A DNA stretch of 64,000 nucleotides from Bdellovibrionales bacterium (lineage in GTDB: Bacteria; Bdellovibrionota; Bdellovibrionia; Bdellovibrionales; JAUICD01): the NCBI GenBank assembly GCA_965197425.1, contig CBDANC010000015.1:202704-266703 (forward strand), written 5' to 3'. A program made the position numbers and the translations under genes. The notes under the pieces were generated by a model. The model ran no database searches. It was given only the letters and a program-made list of their open reading frames with translations, and had not been told where the DNA came from. Below, one piece after another: positions 28,422 to 38,551 of this stretch. The stretch's first letter is position 1. Every line of letters starts with the position of its first letter.

Positions 28422-29018
28422 CTATTTTTCTGGTAAATTTAAACCTTCTTCAATGAGCTTGTTTTTTGCCAGGGTTGATCCTGTGATTAGATATTTTTCA
28501 TATAGTCTTAAAACATCTTCATCAGACTGTAAATTCACTTTTAGGCTTATATATGTTAGTAGTTCTACAAAATTCATAAACTTTTGGGCAAATTCCATAT
28601 ACAGCTCAGAAAAAGTTGATTCATTTATGCTATTTGCCAGTGTTCCATAGGCAGTCTCTCCCATATTGACATAGTAATCTATGTCCACTAGCTTCCTGTT
28701 TAAGGAATCTCCAAAAAAACCGCTTACATACAATGTAGTGTCACCTAATTTTTTTAATAATTTAATTTTGCACTTATCATAAGTTGCAGTTGCCTGCAAA
28801 AATGATTCTGCCAGAGTATTAGACTGTGAGCTTTGATCAATATCTTCCACTGAAGGAGTGGAACGCAAAAAACTTTCCATTAGGTCGACAAGATAGTAAC
28901 TAGCAGTTTCCGATGGTTGAAATTGTACCTTGACCTTACTCTCATTGATCAGGTCAAAGAAAAAACTCTTTGATGAAGTGCAGATATCATGCCTTGAAAA
29001 AGCCATATACCTCCTCAA
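28422..29018 (-). CDS. Hypothetical protein (no recognisable motifs)
   Basis: The ORF is 198 aa. The likely start is the ATG at 29006 (MAFSRHD...), preceded by GAGGAGG. Direct copies of the same repeat bracket the gene. Confidence 0.5.
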   Translation of the reverse strand: MRRYMAFSRHDICTSSKSFFFDLINESKVKVQFQPSETASYYLVDLMESFLRSTPSVEDIDQSSQSNTLAESFLQATATYDKCKIKLLKKLGDTTLYVSGFFGDSLNRKLVDIDYYVNMGETAYGTLANSINESTFSELYMEFAQKFMNFVELLTYISLKVNLQSDEDVLRLYEKYLITGSTLAKNKLIEEGLNLPEK

Positions 29019-29110
29019 GGTCTTCCTAACGAGGTAAAAAATAAGGAGGCTATGCCTACTTTTTTTTGCCGAGTGGTTGCCCAGCTCTCTATCATGATGC
29101 GGACCTCTCC
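29014..29110 (+). repeat. Dispersed repeat copy (CAAGGTCTTCCTAACGAGG...TTTTTGCCGAGTGGTTGCCCAGC)
   Basis: It lies in the same orientation as the copy at 28325, and the block TTTTTGCCGAGTGGTT recurs at 9501-9516. Confidence 0.7.
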
Positions 29111-29205
29111 TTTCGATATAATAAATAATATCATGAATAGTAAAATCATAAAACTTGGTGTAATTGTCCCATTACAGTAACTAGACCAAGGTTATATTTA
29201 TAATG

Positions 29206-31755
29206 TTATTTGCTATATACAACTAAAACTTCTTTTGAAGAAAAGATTCGAGATGCCAAGTATTTAACTTGTGTGGCTTTTACGGATTTAATTTTGTCTG
29301 GATATTCAAATAAATAGTTGTTATCAAATCCTAATATTTTATTGCTTAAAACCGTTGAGCTTATGGATGAATTTCTTTGTATCCCTATCTGGTAAGATCC
29401 TATTAAGTATTTTTTAGCTCCTTCTAATTTTTTTTCATCTACGTATTCAGTTAATTTTTTTAATTCAGACCTAATCATGGAAATAGCAGTTTCTTTTTTG
29501 GCAGGGTCACAAGCTATATAGACTGCAAAAAAACCGCCATTTAGACCTGAAAAAGTAACAGGGCATACTGTATAGGCTAGAGACTTTTTATCCCTCAGCT
29601 CTAAAAACAAACTTCCACCTTGTCCAGATAACAACGCTTCAAGCACCTTAAAAGTATAAATAGCATTATCCAATGCACTTATTGCTTGAAAACCTAAAAC
29701 TATGTGTGCTTGTGGTTTATCAATTTTTTTAAAAACTTCCTTAGAATCAGATAACTTTTCTACTGATTGTATTTCACTAATCTTGCTCTCTTGTGATTTT
29801 ATACTATCTGCAAAGCTTTGATAGGTTTTTATTTTTCCGTTACCTACAATGGAAACATATGGGTTGTTCATATAAACTTTCCAATAATCTAGGATATCTT
29901 TTTCTCTTATATTCTCTATAGAAGTCAAACTACCAATTGCATCTTTTCCATAAGGATGAAAAGCAAAAACATTTTTCACAAAGTCTAATACTGCAAGTCT
30001 AGATGGATTATCTTCTAAACTTTTTATATATTGTTTGATCTTCAGTTTTTCTCTTTTTAAAAAACTTGCATTAAATTTTGGTTGTGAAACTATTGATCTC
30101 AGTATTTTTAAAAAACCATCAACATTTGGGGTTAGAGTTGTGAGCTGAAGGCCAAAAGCATTTTTAGAACAAAAGGAAGAAAGAGATGATGCTTTGCTGT
30201 CAATAAATTCCTTAAGCTCGATTTCACTCATATCGTGGGTTTCACATATGGCCATTTTAGATGATATAAGGGACAATCCGTTTAACTTATCACTTTCGTA
30301 GGCAACACCTCCCTTAAAACCAACGGAGATACTAACAGTAGGTGTATCTGTGTTTGAATAAAATGAAGATCTAGAGTTTAAAAAACAAAATTTGGATTTT
30401 TTATGCGCTAGTTTAAATGAACTAACATTTATGTTTGAAGAAGTTTTTTTATTTGGTTTAAGGCTTCTTGCTAATTCAAACCCAAGTTTATACCCTCTAT
30501 GCCAGTCCTTTAATATAGTCTCCATATTTTTTTTATTGGTAATAGATGATATTGTAACTTTATCTGGGCTTAGATATGAACCTACATTTAGAATGTCGCT
30601 TGATGAAACCTTACTTGCATTAGTGACGTACTTATCAAAGTAATTTATATCTCCAGACATATTATAGTAAAATCCATATTTTCTAGAAAGCCCATCGACA
30701 GTTTCCATTGCATAAAATTCTTCACTTTCAATTAGCGATAGAGCTTTGGAAAGTTCCTCTTCACTTACAGGGCTTGAGAGTATTTCTATAAGTTCATCAC
30801 CTATTTTAGATATTGCATGTGCTGTGTTGTGTTCCACAAGTTTACATGACACTAAAAAAACTCCTTTATCTTTTAATAAGTAAATACCAGCACTAACAGA
30901 TGAGGCTAATGGTTTAGTCTGCAACATCAAGGACTTATGTAGCCTAGAACTGCTAGAACACCCTAATATCAAAGAGAGCATTTCGATAGCTGGTGTATCT
31001 GAGTGATTCAAAGTAGGAACATGCCATGCAAAGTTAATTCTAGTTTGTTTAAATTTGGTGTTGTTTACCTTTATTCTGGGTTTGGTTTGAGGATTTTCTA
31101 ATTTTCGTTTTACTTGTTTAATTTTGTTACTTTGTGTATCAAAACTTTCTACTTTGTTCTTCATTTTGCTAGACTCAAAGTCACCCGATATAACCAGGGT
31201 TATATTTGGTGCAGAGTAGTGATCTTTGTAGTAAGAAACTATTTTTTCTCTTGAAAATTTTTTGATATTTGAAGCCTTGCCTAAAATAGGTTTGGAGTAA
31301 GGGTGAGTTTTAAACATAGATGAAAAAATTAAATCGCTGGCTACGCTACTTGGACTGCCTGCGGCTCTTTTAATTTCCTCAATGACTACCTCTCGTTCCG
31401 CATCTATATCCTTTTGATTAAAACTTGGGTGTATAATCATTTCTCTTATTACATCCAAGGCAACATCTTGATACTCACTTGCAATTGTTACATAGTAGAC
31501 AGTGTGGTCAAAGGAGGTGTATGCATTCAGCTCACCTCCAGAACTCTCCACAATAGAAGCTATTTCTCCTAAGGAATATTTTTTTGTACCCTTAAATAAT
31601 AGATGTTCTATGAAATGAGTTATACCAGATTCTGATTTTGTTTCATCAGCACTGCCTGTACCTATCCATGCCTGTACGGAGACGACAGGAGATTTAGTGG
31701 AAGGAATAAGAATAACATCCATTTTGTTTTTTAGGCTGTATTTATGTATTTTCAA
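29206..31755 (-). CDS. M16-family (pitrilysin-like) zinc peptidase, two fused halves
   Basis: 849 aa with the inverted zincin motif HFIEH in GITHFIEHLLFKGT near the N-terminus. The second, similar-length half lacks the motif. Confidence 0.88.
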   Translation of the reverse strand: MKIHKYSLKNKMDVILIPSTKSPVVSVQAWIGTGSADETKSESGITHFIEHLLFKGTKKYSLGEIASIVESSGGELNAYTSFDHTVYYVTIASEYQDVALDVIREMIIHPSFNQKDIDAEREVVIEEIKRAAGSPSSVASDLIFSSMFKTHPYSKPILGKASNIKKFSREKIVSYYKDHYSAPNITLVISGDFESSKMKNKVESFDTQSNKIKQVKRKLENPQTKPRIKVNNTKFKQTRINFAWHVPTLNHSDTPAIEMLSLILGCSSSSRLHKSLMLQTKPLASSVSAGIYLLKDKGVFLVSCKLVEHNTAHAISKIGDELIEILSSPVSEEELSKALSLIESEEFYAMETVDGLSRKYGFYYNMSGDINYFDKYVTNASKVSSSDILNVGSYLSPDKVTISSITNKKNMETILKDWHRGYKLGFELARSLKPNKKTSSNINVSSFKLAHKKSKFCFLNSRSSFYSNTDTPTVSISVGFKGGVAYESDKLNGLSLISSKMAICETHDMSEIELKEFIDSKASSLSSFCSKNAFGLQLTTLTPNVDGFLKILRSIVSQPKFNASFLKREKLKIKQYIKSLEDNPSRLAVLDFVKNVFAFHPYGKDAIGSLTSIENIREKDILDYWKVYMNNPYVSIVGNGKIKTYQSFADSIKSQESKISEIQSVEKLSDSKEVFKKIDKPQAHIVLGFQAISALDNAIYTFKVLEALLSGQGGSLFLELRDKKSLAYTVCPVTFSGLNGGFFAVYIACDPAKKETAISMIRSELKKLTEYVDEKKLEGAKKYLIGSYQIGIQRNSSISSTVLSNKILGFDNNYLFEYPDKIKSVKATQVKYLASRIFSSKEVLVVYSK

Positions 31756-31831
31756 AAAAACCTCAAAAAATTACGTGTATCCTAACCAGCCTACTTGATT
31801 TTTTTTATGCTTTCTACATATATTTTATTAC

Positions 31832-32944
31832 ATGTCACAAGCTTTATATGTCCATATTCCTTATTGTAAACAACTCTGTCCTTACTGCAGTTTTTCAAAG
31901 TATAAAATTGGAAAAACTATATCGCCTCATGAGTATGTACAGCTGCTTTTTTTAGAAATTAAGCATATGTCACACCTGATCAAAAATCCTTACAGTATCT
32001 ATCTAGGAGGTGGTACCCCAAGCATGATCGGAGCAGAAAATATTAAACTTATATTAGAAAAACTAGATCCTTGTGATGAAATAACGGTGGAAATAGATCC
32101 AGGTACAGTAACCAAGGAAGATATAGATATTTTGATAGATGCAAAAGTAAGTCGTTTTAGCCTTGGTGTACAAAGTATGGATGATGTTTTTTTAAAAAAA
32201 ATGGGCAGAACTCATTCTGAAAAAGATACCTTGGAGTTGGTAGATATTTTAAATAAAAAAAATATAAACTTTTCTATGGATCTATTGTTTGCTCTGCCAG
32301 ATCAAACGGTGCACCACTTACAGACTGATATAAAAAAAATGCTAACTTGCAAGCCCAAACACATAAGCTCATATCTATTAGAAATACCTAGTAGACATAA
32401 ATTAGGCCATAATAGAGCTAGTGAAAAAGAACAAGTAGAAATGATAGAAACAATAAATCAAATGCTCTCAGAGGAAAATTTCAATAGATATGAAATATCA
32501 AACTATGCAAAAAGAGGTTTTGAAAGCAAACACAATCTATCATATTGGAATGATCTATCATATATAGGACTTGGACTATCCGCTCACTCATATATAAAAG
32601 AAATAGGATGGGGGGTGAGATTTTGGAATACCAAAAGCATGCAACAATACTCTAAACAAGTTAGAAAAGATTATATGTACAGAAAAACAGAAGTTTTAAC
32701 CAAAGCAGAGTCACTTACCGACTATTGCCACTTTAGCCTTAGAAAATTAGAAGGGCTTTCGTGCAATGCATTAAAGGACAAGTATGGTATTGAGACATAC
32801 AAAGTTTTTACGGATCGTGCTAATTTGCTCTGTGACAGAGGCTATATTACTATAGATAAGAAAATCTCATTATCCAAAAAAGGTTTATTGTTCTTTAATC
32901 GTGTATTAGAAAACCTTTTGTTTACAGATGAAGATTTAAGTTAG
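31832..32944 (+). CDS. hemW: Radical SAM heme chaperone HemW (oxygen-independent coproporphyrinogen oxidase-like)
   Basis: LYVHIPYCKQLCPYCSF carries the CxxxCxxC cluster. The call is also supported by the GGGTPS block, the 370-aa length and the position next to grpE. Confidence 0.85.
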   Translation: MSQALYVHIPYCKQLCPYCSFSKYKIGKTISPHEYVQLLFLEIKHMSHLIKNPYSIYLGGGTPSMIGAENIKLILEKLDPCDEITVEIDPGTVTKEDIDILIDAKVSRFSLGVQSMDDVFLKKMGRTHSEKDTLELVDILNKKNINFSMDLLFALPDQTVHHLQTDIKKMLTCKPKHISSYLLEIPSRHKLGHNRASEKEQVEMIETINQMLSEENFNRYEISNYAKRGFESKHNLSYWNDLSYIGLGLSAHSYIKEIGWGVRFWNTKSMQQYSKQVRKDYMYRKTEVLTKAESLTDYCHFSLRKLEGLSCNALKDKYGIETYKVFTDRANLLCDRGYITIDKKISLSKKGLLFFNRVLENLLFTDEDLS

Positions 32945-32955
32945 GAGAATGTTAT

Positions 32956-33687
32956 ATGAAATCTGGTGCTCGTGAGGATAAGAAAACTGATCTTAAAAAC
33001 AAGTCAGAAGAGCAACAATATTCAGAAAAACAAGAAGCAGATACACCAGATAATGGTAAAGGGTCTAACACCCTAGATGACGATAAGTCAGATGACAGCA
33101 ATAAATCTACTAGCACTTCTAGTAAAAAAGAAACCATTACTTTGGATAGGGAAGAATACGATAAATTAATAACTGATCTAGAAAAGCAAAAACAGGATTA
33201 TCTATATCTGTATGCAGAGATGGAAAACTTAAATAAACGAGTGATCAAGGAACGATCGGAGCTTTTAAAATATGGTTCTCAGAATATATTTACTGCTCTT
33301 TTAGAAATTGTAGACAATTTTGAAAGAGCACTATCTTTAGAAGTTAACAAAGATAACATCGAAGCTTTTACAGATGGTGTAAAGCTTATAAATAATTTAC
33401 TACTTGAGCTTTTAAGTAGCTTTTCTGTAAAAGAAGTACCTTCTTTGAGAAAACCGTTTGATCCTATAGTACATGAGGCTCTAGGAACAGAGCCTTCTAG
33501 TGATATAGAAGAAGGGTGTGTTTCGAAAGTATTAGTCAAACCTTATAAACTGCATGACAAGGTAATCAGAACGGGTCATGTTATTGTGGTTAATAACAGC
33601 AAAAGTAACAAGATGGATTCCAATATTGAAGACAAAAATGATAATGACCCTGAAGAACAAGAAATTCAAAATGAAGACCAAAATTAA
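32956..33687 (+). CDS. grpE: Nucleotide exchange factor GrpE with low-complexity N- and C-terminal extensions
   Basis: The core has YLYLYAEMENLNKRVIKE ... FDPIVHEALG ... VLVKPYKLHDKVIRTGHVIV. The flanks are rich in D/E/K/S/N. Confidence 0.88.
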   Translation: MKSGAREDKKTDLKNKSEEQQYSEKQEADTPDNGKGSNTLDDDKSDDSNKSTSTSSKKETITLDREEYDKLITDLEKQKQDYLYLYAEMENLNKRVIKERSELLKYGSQNIFTALLEIVDNFERALSLEVNKDNIEAFTDGVKLINNLLLELLSSFSVKEVPSLRKPFDPIVHEALGTEPSSDIEEGCVSKVLVKPYKLHDKVIRTGHVIVVNNSKSNKMDSNIEDKNDNDPEEQEIQNEDQN

Positions 33688-35629
33688 TAAGTTTTTTATT
33701 ATAATTTTATCCCTTGCCATTTCTTCTTGTACTCTTGTTTCAAGAAAGGATTTGGCTTCTCCTGAAAGATCGGAGTTTAATAGAGTTAAAAATGACAGAA
33801 AAAATTTCGGACATGAACAAAGACTTTTAGCTTTTGCCAAAAAACACCCTAGAACCAATGCAGCATCTGAGGCATATTTTGAACTAGGTAATATGGCTTT
33901 CAAAAAGAAGAGCTTTGAACTTGCAGTTAAGTATTACGATAAAGTCAGGTATATTAAGTCGTCTGATAAAGCTAATGTTTTGAAAGCTTATGCATTGATA
34001 AACTTAAAAAGACAAAATCAAGCATATCTAATAGCCGATAAACTCTCTAAAAAAAATCGGTTAGATGAAGAAGTTTTATATAATGCTTTGTCCATAAAAG
34101 CACTTTTGTCCGAAAATATTCAAACTTCAAAAGAAAGACTCATAACATACGACAAACTGTTATATGTGTCTGGCAAAGTTGGATCAAAATATAATTACTA
34201 TCCGGAGACAACCGGCAATTTAAATTTTACTTCAGATCCTTTGAAATATAGAATAAAGGCAATTCAAATAATCGATACTTTAGACGCTTCTGATTTGGAA
34301 AAGATAGCATTATCAAGTAACCCCTTAAATTCTTATTTATTTTTTAAATTAGGAAAATTTTATTTTGAGCAGTCAAGATTTGATCAGGCAAGGTTGTACT
34401 TAGAAAGGGTTACTCGTTTAGACAGAGGCAAATATAGGGAAGAATCAATGAGATTGATCTCTCAATTATTTGCCAAGTCAAAGGTTAACAGAAAAAAGAT
34501 TGGAGTGATACTACCAATCAGTGGCCTGCAAAATACTTACGGGCATAGAGCTCTTTTGGGCCTAAATGCAGCTTTCAAAACTTATGAATCTAATAATGAT
34601 AATGATTTTGAAATAGTTGTGATGGATAGCCAAAATAATGAATCGGTAGCTGAGAGAGCTGTCGAAACATTAGTAATAGATCATCATGTGGTTGCTATTT
34701 TAGGAGGATTGCTTAGCAAGACTGCCAAAGTTATTTCCACTAAGGCACAGGAATTAGGAGTGGTAAATATAACTTTATCTCAGAAAGACGGGATAACAGA
34801 TATAGGTGATTATATTTTTAGAAGTGCCATGACTTTGAGTGATCAAATAGATCTTTTAGTTAGAACTGCCATAAATAAGTACAAAATTAAAAACTTTGGT
34901 ATGCTTTATCCTAAAACAAAATATGGAGAAGATAGTGGACTTATATTTTGGCAAATAGTGCTAAAGCATGGTGGTAATGTTGTAGCTACCCAGTCTTATG
35001 AACATGATGAAACTGATTTTTCAGAACATATAAAAAAATTGGTGGGTACATACTATATTATAGATAGAAGAACAGAGTATAAATCTAAACTAGATGAATG
35101 GAAGTCTAAAAATCCACACATGAGTGGTAGAGTGAAGCCCCCTCAAAATTTATTACAACCCGTTGTTACCTTTGATGCTTTGTTTGTTCCAGATGATGTA
35201 AAAGCACTAGGTCAAATTGCTCCAATGCTTAATTATAATGATGTGAATGAAATAACTTTGCTTGGAACTAACCTTTGGAACACCCCTGCCTTACATAACA
35301 GAGTGCCTCACTATACTAGTTTAGTTTATGTTGATAGTTTCAGATCTGAAAAACCACCATTTACTACTTCTAGTTTTAGAAAAAGCTTTTTAAAAACATT
35401 TAATAGAGAACCTACTATTATAGAATTGCAATCATATGATGCTGGTATTTTTTTAAAACTAGCTTTACAAAAATTAAAAACTAACTCTAGACAAAAGCTA
35501 AAAGACATTATGTTAACTCAAAATAGAGTACCAGGAGCCTTAGGTTCTTTGGAAATACAAAGAGATACTGGTGTTATTAAACGGCCATTGGTTTTGTTAG
35601 AAAGAATCGTCCCCAAAGAATCTAACTAA
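33671..35629 (+). CDS. Lipoprotein with TPR-like N-domain and type-1 periplasmic-binding-fold C-domain (LpoA/LppC-like)
   Basis: The preferred start is MKTKINKFFIIILSLAISSC (lipobox) at 33671, whereas the ORF track begins at 33578. The block IGVILPISGLQNTYGHRALLGLNAAF is typical of Leu/Ile/Val-binding-like folds. Confidence 0.55.
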   Translation: MKTKINKFFIIILSLAISSCTLVSRKDLASPERSEFNRVKNDRKNFGHEQRLLAFAKKHPRTNAASEAYFELGNMAFKKKSFELAVKYYDKVRYIKSSDKANVLKAYALINLKRQNQAYLIADKLSKKNRLDEEVLYNALSIKALLSENIQTSKERLITYDKLLYVSGKVGSKYNYYPETTGNLNFTSDPLKYRIKAIQIIDTLDASDLEKIALSSNPLNSYLFFKLGKFYFEQSRFDQARLYLERVTRLDRGKYREESMRLISQLFAKSKVNRKKIGVILPISGLQNTYGHRALLGLNAAFKTYESNNDNDFEIVVMDSQNNESVAERAVETLVIDHHVVAILGGLLSKTAKVISTKAQELGVVNITLSQKDGITDIGDYIFRSAMTLSDQIDLLVRTAINKYKIKNFGMLYPKTKYGEDSGLIFWQIVLKHGGNVVATQSYEHDETDFSEHIKKLVGTYYIIDRRTEYKSKLDEWKSKNPHMSGRVKPPQNLLQPVVTFDALFVPDDVKALGQIAPMLNYNDVNEITLLGTNLWNTPALHNRVPHYTSLVYVDSFRSEKPPFTTSSFRKSFLKTFNREPTIIELQSYDAGIFLKLALQKLKTNSRQKLKDIMLTQNRVPGALGSLEIQRDTGVIKRPLVLLERIVPKESN

Positions 35630-35658
35630 TAGCTACATCCTAAAGCATATTAGTAAAA

Positions 35659-36969
35659 TTATTTTTTGCGAGTGAAAATTCTGATTGGTATACCTGATAA
35701 ATCCCATTTCTTTTTTATTTGGTTTACTAAAAATTTCTTAAACCTATCCTCTAAAGGTTTTGTGCTATTTGTAAACGCAATAAATGTTGGTGGAACCTGT
35801 TTAGTGTGAACAGCATAATATAATTTTGTTCTACCACTAAAAACTGGTGAATTTTTAGTCACAGTCGAAAAAAATGAATTTAATTCAGAAGTTGTTACCT
35901 TAAAATGCAATTTACTCCAAAGACTTTCAATAGTCTTGAATAAAACCCCTACACCACTACCTGTTTGTGCACTAATAAAAACTATAGGTATATCTTTAAA
36001 AAATGAAAATACATTTTTAATGTTATCTCTTATTGCTTTTCTAAAGTCTTGAATTTCTTGTTTTCCAATATCACTTTTGTTGATCACTAAAATTACAGGT
36101 TTGTGTATCTTAAGAGCATTGCTAACTAGCCTAGCTTCTTGATGGCCAACTCCTGCCGTGCAGTCAACTATAAGTAAGACTATGTCAGATTGTTCTATTG
36201 ATTTCTCTGATTGAATGCTAGATAGCATTTCAAGCCCAGAGCTTCTTTGTGCCTTTCTTCTAATACCAGCAGTATCTATAAGCTTATATTTTTTACCTTC
36301 AAACTCTACAATACTATCAACACTATCAGTTGTGGTTCCAGGAATGTTGGTTACAATCATGCGGTTGTAGCCATTTATAAAATTACAAAGTGTACTTTTT
36401 CCAGAGTTAGGTTTTCCAATTATTGTCAGGGTTTTAATTTGTTGATTTGTTTCTAAAGGGCTCTCGTCTTTTTTTGAGGTACAGACTTCATTTACTATCC
36501 AATCCAATATATCAGCTATGCCAATTTTGTTCTCAAAAGCAGCACAAAGCCAAGTGTGATGTAGTTCGTAGAACTCAGATTTTATTTTTGCTTCATTTTT
36601 GTAAGAATCAACTTTATTGATTACAAAAAATACTTTGTGTCCACATTTCTTGGCTAACCTTACAACATTTTTATCCTCTGGATGAATACCAGATTTGCCA
36701 TCTACTATTACTACTACAGCATCCACATTGGTTAATAATTCAAGAATTTTGTTTTCTATTTCTTTGCTAAAAAGATCATGAGATTTATTTAAACCTCCAG
36801 TATCAATAATTTTAAACTGTTGTTTGCGCCATGAAGCGTTTGATATTTTTATGTCCCTAGTTGTGCCAGGATCATTTTTTACAAGTGCTTTCCTTGTACC
36901 TACTATTTTGTTGAACAAGGTTGACTTGCCTACATTAGGCCTTCCTATTATAGCGATCTTTACTAGCAT
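35659..36969 (-). CDS. der: Ribosome-associated GTPase Der (EngA), double G-domain
   Basis: It has two P-loops, GRPNVGKSTLFN and GKPNSGKSTLCN. Two DTGG/DTAG and NKxD blocks and a C-terminal KH-like domain follow. Confidence 0.93.
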   Translation of the reverse strand: MLVKIAIIGRPNVGKSTLFNKIVGTRKALVKNDPGTTRDIKISNASWRKQQFKIIDTGGLNKSHDLFSKEIENKILELLTNVDAVVVIVDGKSGIHPEDKNVVRLAKKCGHKVFFVINKVDSYKNEAKIKSEFYELHHTWLCAAFENKIGIADILDWIVNEVCTSKKDESPLETNQQIKTLTIIGKPNSGKSTLCNFINGYNRMIVTNIPGTTTDSVDSIVEFEGKKYKLIDTAGIRRKAQRSSGLEMLSSIQSEKSIEQSDIVLLIVDCTAGVGHQEARLVSNALKIHKPVILVINKSDIGKQEIQDFRKAIRDNIKNVFSFFKDIPIVFISAQTGSGVGVLFKTIESLWSKLHFKVTTSELNSFFSTVTKNSPVFSGRTKLYYAVHTKQVPPTFIAFTNSTKPLEDRFKKFLVNQIKKKWDLSGIPIRIFTRKK

Positions 36970-37834
36970 TATTAAAACCTAAATTTTTGAGGATAAGTGA
37001 GTTTTGTCTCCATTTCTTCTTAACACTAACATGTAAACTTAGAGTAGTTTTTTTTGAAAAAAATCTCTTTAGGGTAATTTCTGCTCTCGTTCTTATTTCC
37101 TGTATGGTTCTCCCATCGCGGCCTATGACTATTTTTTTGTGATTTTCTTTTTCTATTATAATATCGGCGTATATTTTTAATTCTTTGTTATTATCATCAT
37201 ATGATCTCACCTGAACAGCCAGTCCATAAGGAATCTCTTCAAGGAGCAGGTTAAAACACTGTTCTCTTATTTTTTCTGCTGCTAGCTCTTTTGAGCTAAT
37301 AGTGCTAAGTTGCTCTGGATCAAATAAGAAGCTATCAGCCTTAGGAAGAAGGGGTTCTATCTTTTCTAATATCTCTGCTTTTGCTTGCTGTGGTTTACAT
37401 TTGGCGCTTACAGAACAAAATATTGCGTCTTTCATTTTATTTTCCAGGATAAAGCGTCTTCTGGGTTTAATATCTGTTTTAGTTATCACAAATATTACAT
37501 TTGGCCTACTTATATATTTATCAATCAGTTTAAATAATATGTTTGGATTATTAAGGTCCAGGGGTAATAAAACTAACAGAATGTCAGAAGTTTTAATAAT
37601 ATTATTATACTCAGATTCTAAAAAGTTATTAATGCCAATTTTATCCTTAACAAATCCAGGGCTATCGACAAATACTATTTGTGTATTTTCATAAGTTAGT
37701 ATGCCAGTAATCCTATTTCTGGTTGTTTGTGGTTTATCCGTAACAATGCTAAGTTTTTCTCCAACCAATGCATTCAATAAGGTGCTTTTGCCTGCATTAG
37801 CAAGTCCGACGATACCTACAAAACCTACTTTCAT
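36935..37834 (-). CDS. era: GTPase Era
   Basis: It has the P-loop GLANAGKSTLLNALVG, DSPG, TKTD and a C-terminal KH domain (IIIEKENHKKIVIGRDGRTIQEI). Confidence 0.93.
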   Translation of the reverse strand: MKVGFVGIVGLANAGKSTLLNALVGEKLSIVTDKPQTTRNRITGILTYENTQIVFVDSPGFVKDKIGINNFLESEYNNIIKTSDILLVLLPLDLNNPNILFKLIDKYISRPNVIFVITKTDIKPRRRFILENKMKDAIFCSVSAKCKPQQAKAEILEKIEPLLPKADSFLFDPEQLSTISSKELAAEKIREQCFNLLLEEIPYGLAVQVRSYDDNNKELKIYADIIIEKENHKKIVIGRDGRTIQEIRTRAEITLKRFFSKKTTLSLHVSVKKKWRQNSLILKNLGFNNASKDRYNRKA

Positions 37835-38496
37835 ATACTATCCTCTATTTTTTCAATAGCTTCCTTTGCGGCACATTGTTCTGCTAGTTTTTTATTTGAT
37901 CCTACTCCAGTTGCTAAGCATTTTTCATTTACAAGAACATTTATGAAGAATTTTTTATTATGATCAGGTCCTTCAGTTTTATTAACTCTGTATTCAGGGT
38001 TGGTGGAATACTCTTTATAAACTATTTGTTGAAGTTTATCCTTGTAATTTACTCTTTCATCTTCTGTTTTCACATTCAACAGCTCATCTTTAAATAGAGA
38101 GTAAATCACATCTTTTGTGGTTTCAAAATCCGAGTCTAAGTATATAGCTCCAATTATAGCCTCAAGAGCTGATGCTATTAGTCTCTTTTTATTTCTGCCG
38201 CCAGATAATTCTTCACCTTTTCCAAAGTATATTTTGTTTTGTATTTTTAAATTTTTTGCTACATAAAAAAGAATATTTTCGTTTACAAGCTTATCTCTTT
38301 TTATGGAAATTTCTCCTTCGTTGTCTTGTGGATAGATCTTAAATAATATATCTGTTATAGCTAAACTTAGTACAGAGTCTCCCAAAAGCTCGAGTCGTTC
38401 ATTGTTAATACAGCTTTTGTTTTCATTTGCAAAGCTAGAGTGCGTGAGTGCTTCCTTCAACAGTTTATCATCATTAAACTTGTAAAATTCTTTCAT
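37831..38496 (-). CDS. rnc: Ribonuclease III
   Basis: It has the signature NERLELLGDSVL and a C-terminal dsRBD (GPDHNKKF...GVGSNKKLAEQCAAKEA). Confidence 0.93.
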   Translation of the reverse strand: MKEFYKFNDDKLLKEALTHSSFANENKSCINNERLELLGDSVLSLAITDILFKIYPQDNEGEISIKRDKLVNENILFYVAKNLKIQNKIYFGKGEELSGGRNKKRLIASALEAIIGAIYLDSDFETTKDVIYSLFKDELLNVKTEDERVNYKDKLQQIVYKEYSTNPEYRVNKTEGPDHNKKFFINVLVNEKCLATGVGSNKKLAEQCAAKEAIEKIEDSI

Positions 38497-38551
38497 TGAG
38501 TTTTACATAACACTTTCAAAAGATGCTTTCAATATATATTAGTTTATGATT

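Noticed and set aside
33532-33903. 123-aa minus-strand ORF across the grpE / lipoprotein junction, and the 33578 start of the lipoprotein ORF
   Set aside because: The minus-strand ORF is antisense to two supported genes. The lipoprotein most plausibly starts at 33671, where a lipobox signal peptide begins. The 33578 extension is grpE sequence read in another frame.
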